This document shows, in pieces, positions 23,945 to 30,078 of a stretch of 32,000 nucleotides of DNA (positions within the stretch are counted from its first letter, which is position 1; every line of letters starts with the position of its first letter). Source of the DNA: Prochlorococcus marinus str. NATL2A. GTDB taxonomy: Bacteria; Cyanobacteriota; Cyanobacteriia; PCC-6307; Cyanobiaceae. The stretch covers positions 360,001 through 392,000 of the forward strand of contig NC_007335.2 in the NCBI RefSeq assembly GCF_000012465.1, in the 5' to 3' direction. The notes under the pieces are model-generated. The model was not told where the DNA came from. It searched no databases and saw only the letters and a program-made list of their open reading frames with translations. Both the position numbers and the translations under genes were made by a program.

Positions 23945-24150
23945 GGTCACAAGAATGATTCTCGATCTTCTCAAACTAATCCTCAGAAAGCACAAAGATT
24001 ATTGGATCGTTGGTTAAACAGGAGTTTTTTCTCATGTTCACCTGATCTGAATTTGTTAGAAATGAATTAGGAGTTCTAGCACTTCCGATCCAGTAGATGG
24101 TTGCTTAGTCAGGGTGGAAAGTTCAGATGGATAGAAAAGTGCTGAACTCA

Positions 24151-24182
24151 AAAGGGGCGACCAAAATCTCGCCCCTTCTTTA
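24151..24182 (+). terminator. Intrinsic terminator closing the small-ORF locus
   Basis: AAGGGGCGA-CCAAAATC-TCGCCCCTT followed by CTTT. Confidence 0.6.
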
Positions 24183-24200
24183 ATGGGAAAAACCAGTCGC

Positions 24201-24228
24201 TTGACTAACCAATACTAATTAGTATATT
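24201..24228 (+). promoter_or_regulatory. Near-consensus promoter overlapped by a 14-bp perfect palindrome
   Basis: TTGACT (24201-24206), a 16-nt spacer, then TATATT (24223-24228). The palindrome ATACTAATTAGTAT (24212-24225) spans the spacer and the -10. Confidence 0.45.
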
Positions 24229-24234
24229 TGTATT

Positions 24235-24293
24235 AGTCGAATCCCCGTCGCAAAAGGCAAAGAAACCACCTGCTCGCTGGTGGTTTCTTTTTT
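24235..24293 (+). ncRNA. Candidate ~60-nt sRNA or terminating leader
   Basis: The predicted TSS is about 7 nt after the -10. A perfect 10-bp stem AGAAACCACC/GGTGGTTTCT with an 8-nt loop is followed by a T-run ending at 24293, 15 nt before the next ATG. Confidence 0.4.
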
Positions 24294-24307
24294 CTTTAAT
24301 TAGGAGA

Positions 24308-24583
24308 ATGAACCAACCAGTAAGAGAAGTATTGCCAACTCCAGCAGGATGGTTGGTCGCACCTGCCAGAGACTTTTGTTTGTTTTTTATTCGTGACCCT
24401 AAATCTGTCATGGTTGCACCGACTGTCTTAACTCAACTTTGGTATTGCACCGAACAAGGTATCCCAATCCAATTGAAAAATACAAGAAGACTGGACTATG
24501 AATCTGCACATGAAACTTGGAATGAACTGCTATCTAATGATTGGGAATTAGTTGAACATCAGATTAATGATGCAGCTGCCTAG
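24308..24583 (+). CDS. Hypothetical protein, DUF1651-like (marine picocyanobacterial family)
   Basis: 91 aa. The pattern GWL...RRLDYESAHETWNELLSNDWELVEH resembles my recollection of DUF1651. The start is uncertain because AGGAG is only 1 nt from the ATG. Confidence 0.55.
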   Translation: MNQPVREVLPTPAGWLVAPARDFCLFFIRDPKSVMVAPTVLTQLWYCTEQGIPIQLKNTRRLDYESAHETWNELLSNDWELVEHQINDAAA

Positions 24584-24814
24584 CGGGAACATTGACCTAG
24601 GAATATCGCGACTAGGTGCAAGAATATCTACCTATTACTTGACCCTGCTATTTAATTTCGATACCTTCGCAGCTTGACATCTTTGATTGACACTAATCGA
24701 ATATATATCCGATGAGACGACTTGCTAAATTTTTTTAAGGGAGTACTAGATCTGTTGAAAGTCTATTTTTTAGTGCTTTTTATCCACTCGTAAATTCACT
24801 TCCTATTTGTTCAA

Positions 24815-25264
24815 ATGCCTCAAATTACACATCCTGATTCACTGAGTTGCTCCGATCATATACATTTTAGAAAATTGTCTTCTGATTCACAGCAGCTAGA
24901 AGCTCTTATACAAAGTTTTGCAGACAGGTCTCAAAACAAAACATTTTTACTAGCCAACACCACAAATGATTTCTTGGCTATCAGACCAAGTTGTAACCCA
25001 ATAATCGCGAAGGGTCTTGCAGGAATGTATGACAGTGATGATTTGGTTATTGAACTTTCCGAATTAGTCAAGATTCATCGGCTTGAGGCTGATTCTGATT
25101 GGGGCTTTACTGCATTTACCTTGAAAGAGGTGTTTAGCTACAAAGGTGACCTGAATAATGATTTATCTATTTATTCATTGATTTTCAAGAAAATTGATGG
25201 CATATGGAAGATTGTATGGATGCAAAGATCACAAGGAACTACGGATATTTCAACGTGGGACTAA
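24815..25264 (+). CDS. Hypothetical protein, possibly NTF2/SnoaL-like fold
   Basis: 149-aa ORF. The C-terminal beta-rich segment LIFKKIDGIWKIVWMQRSQG is reminiscent of SnoaL/DUF4440 proteins. The functional assignment is weak. Confidence 0.5.
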   Translation: MPQITHPDSLSCSDHIHFRKLSSDSQQLEALIQSFADRSQNKTFLLANTTNDFLAIRPSCNPIIAKGLAGMYDSDDLVIELSELVKIHRLEADSDWGFTAFTLKEVFSYKGDLNNDLSIYSLIFKKIDGIWKIVWMQRSQGTTDISTWD

Positions 25265-25297
25265 CTGATACAACAGCTTCTGAAAGTGATATGGCTT

Positions 25298-25657
25298 TTA
25301 TTTCTTGAATTTTAGAAGCTGTTTAATAACGGCTTTAACACTAAAAATCCATCTACCAGCTCGTGAAGAAGAAGTGAGGGATTTAGTTAAAAGTTCTATT
25401 TGTTCTTGTCTCTCTTTGTATTTAATTTCCAGTTCGGTTTTTGCAATAGCAAGGCTTTGAGTTTGAATTGGGCAATCATTTTCTTTATCCCAGTTATCGA
25501 TATTTGCTTCTAATTCATATATGTCCATAGTTCTGTACTTACTGATAAGTGTTTGTAAATTATCAGGTTCGAAACTCATGAAAAGTGACTTATTTGGCCT
25601 AGATTTGATTATCGAAATATAGCCTCTAAACAAAATATCAATGGTGGGTAAACTCAC
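25298..25657 (-). CDS. Hypothetical protein (coiled-coil-like)
   Basis: 119-aa ORF. The internal start MSFEPDNL is possible. No family recognised. Confidence 0.4.
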   Translation of the reverse strand: MSLPTIDILFRGYISIIKSRPNKSLFMSFEPDNLQTLISKYRTMDIYELEANIDNWDKENDCPIQTQSLAIAKTELEIKYKERQEQIELLTKSLTSSSRAGRWIFSVKAVIKQLLKFKK

Positions 25658-25850
25658 TCGTGTTCGGGCTATTTATACTTATTAGAGTCATCAATAGATC
25701 TAATCATTGAATAAATATCTCTCCAATCAGTTGCTGTCATTAGTGTTTAAGACTTATTTTTATTGATTATTAGAAGAAGCCGTACCCGACCGTATCTTTG
25801 CGCTACAAAGTTAATACTTTACATTTGTTCACATCAACGCAATTCCAGTA

Positions 25851-26066
25851 ATGACAACTTCTTCCAACGCAGCTTCTTCTCAGGTAATCACTGAGTACGG
25901 CAAGCAAAACATCTTTGGCCGTGAAACACAGCCACAGCTTGTAGAGGACTACACCAGCTATCCAGAAGAAGCTGAGAAGACAAATGGCCGTTGGGCAATG
26001 ATCGGGATGGTCAGCCTTTTGGTTTCATACTTCACAACAGGTCAAATCATTCCTGGAATTTTCTAA
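25851..26066 (+). CDS. hli: High-light-inducible protein (HLIP, one-helix CAB-like)
   Basis: The C-terminal AEKTNGRWAMIGMVSLLVSYFTTGQIIPGIF contains the ExxNGRxAM chlorophyll-binding motif plus a TM helix. Confidence 0.9.
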   Translation: MTTSSNAASSQVITEYGKQNIFGRETQPQLVEDYTSYPEEAEKTNGRWAMIGMVSLLVSYFTTGQIIPGIF

Positions 26067-26100
26067 ACCAATAACTACTAATAAGTAACTATTAAAAACA

Positions 26101-26220
26101 ATGCAACCATCTAACAAAACAATCCTAGAAAGAAGCATCGGCAGACCAGCCATGATGGCATTCGTTCTTCTAACAGGTATCTACCTAACAACCGGTCAAC
26201 TTATCCCAGGTGTTGTTTAA
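26101..26220 (+). CDS. hli: High-light-inducible protein (39 aa, variant motif)
   Basis: Hand-found ORF MQPSNKTILERSIGRPAMMAFVLLTGIYLTTGQLIPGVV. Confidence 0.8.
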   Translation: MQPSNKTILERSIGRPAMMAFVLLTGIYLTTGQLIPGVV

Positions 26221-26366
26221 TGAAAAACCAAACGACTGAAACTCCAAGAGTAGAAGAAGGCAAAGTCATTGCAGAAAGACTCAATGGCCTAGCTGCATCC
26301 ATTGGCTGTTTAGCCCTTGTTGGTGCATATCTAACAACAGGTCAAATTATCCCAGGTGTTGTTTAA
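26220..26366 (+). CDS. hli: High-light-inducible protein (48 aa, variant motif)
   Basis: Hand-found ORF MKNQTTETPRVEEGKVIAERLNGLAASIGCLALVGAYLTTGQIIPGVV. Its ATG overlaps the previous TAA (TAATG). Confidence 0.8.
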   Translation: MKNQTTETPRVEEGKVIAERLNGLAASIGCLALVGAYLTTGQIIPGVV

Positions 26367-26515
26367 TGACTACTCAAAACAACAACAACAGAAGAAACAT
26401 TGATCCTGAAAAGGTAACTGCAGAAAGACTTAACGGCTATGCAGCATTGTTTGGATGCATTGCTCTAGTTGGTGCTTATGCAACAACAGGTCAAATCATT
26501 CCAGGTTTCGTGTGA
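26366..26515 (+). CDS. hli: High-light-inducible protein (49 aa, variant motif)
   Basis: Hand-found ORF MTTQNNNNRRNIDPEKVTAERLNGYAALFGCIALVGAYATTGQIIPGFV, with a TAATG overlap with the previous gene. Confidence 0.8.
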   Translation: MTTQNNNNRRNIDPEKVTAERLNGYAALFGCIALVGAYATTGQIIPGFV

Positions 26516-26640
26516 TGAACAAAGAAACTAACTACTGGAAAACAGCCGAGCAAATGAATGGCCGCCTTGCGATGATGGGCTTCTTTGCGGCTGTGATTAA
26601 CTACGGATTAACAGGCTGGATCATCCCAGGAATTGTGTAG
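26515..26640 (+). CDS. hli: High-light-inducible protein (41 aa)
   Basis: MNKETNYWKTAEQMNGRLAMMGFFAAVINYGLTGWIIPGIV, with a TGATG overlap with the previous gene. The track ORF 26455..26640 is the same frame extended upstream. Confidence 0.9.
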   Translation: MNKETNYWKTAEQMNGRLAMMGFFAAVINYGLTGWIIPGIV

Positions 26641-26661
26641 TCCTACCTTTCAAATCAAATA

Positions 26662-26706
26662 AAAAAAAGGCCTCTTCTATGTCATTACGGAAGGGGCATT
26701 TTTTTT
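26662..26706 (+). terminator. Intrinsic terminator of the hli array
   Basis: GCCTCTTC (26670-26677) pairs with GAAGGGGC (26890 is not involved; partner is 26690-26697) and is followed by T8. Confidence 0.65.
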
Positions 26707-26832
26707 GCTTTTAATTTTACTGAATGATCGTGTTTATATAACATGCCCTTTTTGGAACACCAATTTTTGACAATATTTAAGAGATTATTTTTGTTGTTGC
26801 CATCTTGACCTCGGGTGTATCAGAATAGTTAT

Positions 26833-26892
26833 ACAGAACAACTCCTCACACATAGTTCTGTGCCGAAAGAGCATCCAATTGGGTGCTTTTTT
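26833..26892 (+). ncRNA. yfr1: Yfr1-signature sRNA (exact ACUCCUCACAC motif)
   Basis: The stem ACAGAAC/GTTCTGT encloses a 15-nt loop with ACTCCTCACAC (26841-26851). The terminator AGCATCC-AATT-GGGTGCT-T6 follows. TTGACC lies about 30 nt upstream. Confidence 0.65.
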
Positions 26893-26963
26893 AGTGCCTG
26901 TGCCAATCAATAAACCCTCCTATTAGGGGTTTATTCCTAAGCCTGTTCAGATAAATTCATTTT

Positions 26964-27056
26964 GTGAGGAGTTGAGATCCTCCGTAGTGGAAACAAGGAA
27001 ACACTTACGCCTGATCTCACGAAGAACCCGCCCTAGCAGAACTGGGCGGTTTTTTT
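26964..27056 (+). ncRNA. yfr2: Yfr2-family sRNA (copy 2)
   Basis: GTGAGGAGTTGAGATCCTCCGTAGTGGAAACAAGGAAACACTTACG... carries two GGAAACA motifs. The terminator is CCCGCCC-TAGCAGAACT-GGGCGG-T7. Confidence 0.8.
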
Positions 27057-27078
27057 GTGCCTTTCTTAAAGTGGTCTA

Positions 27079-27192
27079 ATGATATTTCCACCCCCACAAG
27101 TTGTTTTTGGCCTTTTGCTTTTAAGCATTGCAGCGACTTTGATTTTTAATGTCAGATACAACCCCTTCGTAAACAGTGAAGATGATATCTAA
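27079..27192 (+). CDS. Hypothetical small membrane protein (37 aa)
   Basis: Hand-found ORF MIFPPPQVVFGLLLLSIAATLIFNVRYNPFVNSEDDI. No SD and no family recognised. Confidence 0.3.
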   Translation: MIFPPPQVVFGLLLLSIAATLIFNVRYNPFVNSEDDI

Positions 27193-27276
27193 TACAGCAA
27201 TACATTCGCCTTAAAAAAAGATACCTTTTGGGTCCTATTGATTGCGATTAAATCTCTTTGATGTCCCTCCGACGAT

Positions 27277-27291
27277 GCCCTCGTCGGGACC
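27277..27291 (-). repeat. 15-nt exact copy of the 3' end of tRNA-Thr(GGU) (att-like scar)
   Basis: TGCCCTCGTCGGGAC at 27277-27291 is identical to 29806-29820, the 3' acceptor/T-stem end of the tRNA, and in the same orientation. Confidence 0.6.
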
Positions 27292-27663
27292 ACCACTCAC
27301 AACACCTGATAGTGCCTGACAAGAGTTGGTAACTGGAAAGTCGATATTTTTAGAAAATGTCCAACTTATGTACAACTTTTTTAGAAAAAATTAAGGGGTG
27401 GCATTAAAAAAAAAGATTAGACATTAGTAGGTCATATGAAATTAATGATTGGACATTTATTTGTATGCCGTTTTTTTGGATTAAAGGACATAACCAAATT
27501 GGATGACCTCAATCAAGTAGTTGATTGGCAAAATAGTTCGTTTTATCAAGCAACTAATCAATCATCTAGCGTTATTAGTTAAGTATCAATAATCTCAGGA
27601 AGAGGTCAAACTGGCACTTGTAGTATTAGTAGAATTACTTCATACACAAGTTCTTAGAAAATA

Positions 27664-29415
27664 ATGGAATCCAGTGATAAAGATCAAGGGAAAAAGAATA
27701 TACCTAAAATCCAAACATTTACTGTTCCATTTGCTTTAGGTGAAATCCAAGAAAATATAACTATTACTACTAATACTCCCGCTAAACCATCTAAACCATC
27801 TAAACCATCTAAACCATCTAAACCATCTAAACCATCTAAAGAACAAATAATTAATCAAGCAATTCAGTTTCATCTACGAGGTAATATTCCAGAAGCAATA
27901 AAATATTATGAATATTTAATACAGCAAGGTTTCAAGAACCACAATGTTTTTTCTAATTATGGACTCATATTGAAAGATCTAGGAAAATTAAAAGAAGCAG
28001 AAATATCAACACGCAAAGCAATTGAACTCAATCCCAATTACGCAATAGCATTTTCAAATCTGGGAACGATATTGAAAGATCTTGGAAACTTACAAGAAGC
28101 AGAAGTATCCACTCGTAAAGCAATTGAACTCAATACTAATTACGCAGAGGCATATTTAAATCTGGGAACGATATTGAAAGATCTTGGAAACTTAAAAGAA
28201 GCAGAAATATCAACACGCAAAGCAATTGAACTCAATCCCAATTCCGCAATGGCATTTTCAAATCTGGGAACCATATTTATAGATCTTGGAAACTTACAAG
28301 AAGCAGAAGTATCCACTCGTAAAGCAATTGAACTCGATCCCAATTACGCAGAGGCATATTCAAATCTAGGAAATATATTGAAAGATCTTGGCAACTTACA
28401 AGAAGCTGAATTATCACTCCGCAAAGCAATTGAAATCAATCCTGATTTCGCAGAGGCATATTCCAATCTTTCATTATTAGAACTTCTAAAAGGAAATTAT
28501 GAATCTGGTTTAGAAAACTATGAGTTTAGATCTCAAACCAAAAAACCTGCTATTACTCACGCAAATATAAAACTAAAAAAAATCAATAATGAAAAATTAG
28601 ACAAAGGAAACAAACTTTTAGTTGTTAGCGAACAAGGTTTAGGCGATACGCTTCAATATATGCGATACATACCTTACCTACGAAAAAAAGATTTTGATAT
28701 TTCTTTTTGTGCTCAAACAAAACTACATTCATTGATCCAATCATCATGTATTGATCTAAATCCATTAACTCCAGAACAAGCAAGCTTAGTGTCAGAAGGT
28801 GAATGGGTTCCATTATTATCTTTACCTAAATATTTAAAAGTAAGGCCAGAAAATCCAATCGTTTCTGAGCCATATATTTCATCAAATGATGAATTAAATA
28901 AAAAGTGGAAAGACATTCTATCTAAAGAGAAAAGACCCATCATTGGTATTAATTGGCAAGGAAGTCCAGAAATAGAAAAAAGCGTTTATCAAGGACGTTC
29001 AATTCCTTTAGACATATTCTCAATCCTTCTTAAAGAAAATGATATAACAATGCTTTCTTTACAAAAAGGATTTGGTTCAGAACAATTAAATGATTGTTCA
29101 TTTAAAAATGAGTTTGTTGAATGCCAACCACAAATTGATGCGACTTGGGATTTTCTTGAAAATGCTGCCATTATTGAAAACTGTGATTTGATTATTACTT
29201 GTGATACTTCAATTGCTCACTTAGCTGGAGGAATGGGAAAGAAAGTTTGGTTACTGCTAAAAGATATTCCTTTTTGGACTTGGGGACTTGAAAGGGAGAA
29301 TACATTTTGGTATCCATCGATGAAATTATTTCGACAAAAAGAGCGACATAATTGGCAAGAGGTTATGGATAGAGTATCAATCGCAATTACAAAAGAAATG
29401 AAAAAAAATGACTAA
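27664..29415 (+). CDS. TPR-repeat protein fused to a glycosyltransferase family 9 (heptosyltransferase-like) domain
   Basis: 583 aa. The N-terminus has a (PSK)6 linker. It is followed by about 7 TPR units (AIELNPNYAEAYSNLGxILKDLGNLxEAE). The C-terminal half has the GT9-like EQGLGDTLQYMRY and TCDTSIAHLAGGMGK. Confidence 0.85.
   Translation: MESSDKDQGKKNIPKIQTFTVPFALGEIQENITITTNTPAKPSKPSKPSKPSKPSKPSKEQIINQAIQFHLRGNIPEAIKYYEYLIQQGFKNHNVFSNYGLILKDLGKLKEAEISTRKAIELNPNYAIAFSNLGTILKDLGNLQEAEVSTRKAIELNTNYAEAYLNLGTILKDLGNLKEAEISTRKAIELNPNSAMAFSNLGTIFIDLGNLQEAEVSTRKAIELDPNYAEAYSNLGNILKDLGNLQEAELSLRKAIEINPDFAEAYSNLSLLELLKGNYESGLENYEFRSQTKKPAITHANIKLKKINNEKLDKGNKLLVVSEQGLGDTLQYMRYIPYLRKKDFDISFCAQTKLHSLIQSSCIDLNPLTPEQASLVSEGEWVPLLSLPKYLKVRPENPIVSEPYISSNDELNKKWKDILSKEKRPIIGINWQGSPEIEKSVYQGRSIPLDIFSILLKENDITMLSLQKGFGSEQLNDCSFKNEFVECQPQIDATWDFLENAAIIENCDLIITCDTSIAHLAGGMGKKVWLLLKDIPFWTWGLERENTFWYPSMKLFRQKERHNWQEVMDRVSIAITKEMKKND
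27784..27837 (+). repeat. Perfect 9-bp tandem repeat x6 (AAACCATCT) encoding (KPS)6
   Basis: Read directly from the sequence. It is in frame within the TPR/GT9 gene. Confidence 0.95.
27994..28401 (+). repeat. Near-identical 204-bp tandem duplication (two TPR units per copy)
   Basis: 27994-28197 and 28198-28401 differ at only a handful of positions. A third, more diverged unit starts at 28402. Confidence 0.9.
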
Positions 29416-29782
29416 AAAATTGAAATCCTTATCTTCTATTCTCGCTCCAGTCTCTTTAGGAGAATTAATCGATAAAATCACGATTCTAGAAATCAAACAA
29501 ATACATATGACTGGAATAAAATTAAAAAATGTAGATAAAGAACTAAAACTACTAAGAAAAATACTTCAAGATGAAAATTTGGAAATTGATATCGATTTAA
29601 TTAATAATCTCAAAGAAGTAAACAATAACCTTTGGGAAATAGAAGATAAAATAAGGATAAAAGAGAGCAATCAAAAATTTGACAAAGAATTTATTCAAAT
29701 CGCTAGATCAGTTTACAAAGAAAATGATAAGAGAGCTTCTATAAAAAAAAGACCCCATTCAGGGGTCTTTGACTCTACTTAG
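29408..29782 (+). CDS. Small conserved protein, DUF6165-like (often next to TPR/glycosyltransferase genes)
   Basis: 124 aa. APVSLGELIDKITILEIK...NLWEIEDKIR...ARSVYKENDKRASIKK matches my recollection of that family. It overlaps the upstream stop by 8 nt, suggesting translational coupling. Confidence 0.6.
   Translation: MTKKLKSLSSILAPVSLGELIDKITILEIKQIHMTGIKLKNVDKELKLLRKILQDENLEIDIDLINNLKEVNNNLWEIEDKIRIKESNQKFDKEFIQIARSVYKENDKRASIKKRPHSGVFDST
29743..29770 (-). terminator. Intrinsic terminator of the tRNA-Tyr/tRNA-Thr transcription unit
   Basis: On the minus strand, AAAGACCCC-TGAAT-GGGGTC is followed by T8. It lies 36 nt downstream of the tRNA-Thr 3' end. Confidence 0.6.
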
Positions 29783-29805
29783 GTGCTCTTGGTAGAGGGT
29801 CTGAG

Positions 29806-29877
<72 letters not shown>

Positions 29878-29888
29878 TTGTGGAAAGA

Positions 29889-29970
29889 TGGGCCGGGTTG
29901 GATTTGAACCAACGTAGGCGTAGCCAGCGGATTTACAGTCCGCCCCCATTAACCACTCGGGCACCGACCC
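29889..29970 (-). tRNA. tRNA-Tyr (anticodon GUA)
   Basis: The reverse complement GGGTCGGTGCCCGAGTGGTTAATGGGGGCGGACTGTAAATCCGCTGGCTACGCCTACGTTGGTTCAAATCCAACCCGGCCCA has the long variable arm typical of tRNA-Tyr. Confidence 0.95.
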
Positions 29971-30078
29971 GTTCCACTTGATGAGATTAACAGTAAATGG
30001 TGCCACTTTTCTCGAATTTGTTGGTCCTTTGTGTTCTGAATCGATACGATCATGAAAGATGTTTAACTTATAAGGACT

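Larger units (their letters stand above)
22110..29805. mobile_element. Hypervariable genomic-island segment abutting the 3' end of tRNA-Thr(GGU); no recombinase present
   Basis: Dense small and orphan ORFs, sRNA genes and an hli array. A partial tRNA 3'-end repeat lies at 27277-27291. Flanked by core genes (ALDH side and aroQ side). The left boundary is approximate and could start at about 20712. Confidence 0.5.

Noticed and set aside
23955-24014. 19-codon ORF MILDLLKLILRKHKDYWIVG after the membrane peptide gene
   Set aside because: It is too short to support from sequence alone. There is a GAGG 7 nt upstream, but no conservation evidence is available. It is left as part of the small-ORF locus finding.
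24302-24310. AGGAG as the Shine-Dalgarno of the DUF1651-like gene
   Set aside because: Only 1 nt separates it from the ATG, which is too short to function as an SD. The start codon of this gene remains uncertain.
24205-24411. 68-aa minus-strand ORF
   Set aside because: It runs antisense through the promoter/terminator unit and the start of the DUF1651-like gene. It has no start context and an arbitrary composition.
27436-27582. 48-codon ORF MKLMIGHLFVCRFFGLKDITKLDDLNQVVDWQNSSFYQATNQSSSVIS upstream of the TPR gene
   Set aside because: No SD, no recognisable family, and a low-complexity tail. It cannot be distinguished from a chance ORF.
27784-28401. Possible CRISPR array or other spacer-repeat structure
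   Set aside because: The repeats are contiguous with no spacers, in frame, and encode the PSK linker and TPR units of a protein. No cas genes are in the window.
28140-29171. Four minus-strand ORFs (60-76 aa) inside the TPR/GT9 gene
   Set aside because: They are antisense to a well-supported 583-aa gene. The first is a by-product of the 204-bp tandem repeat.
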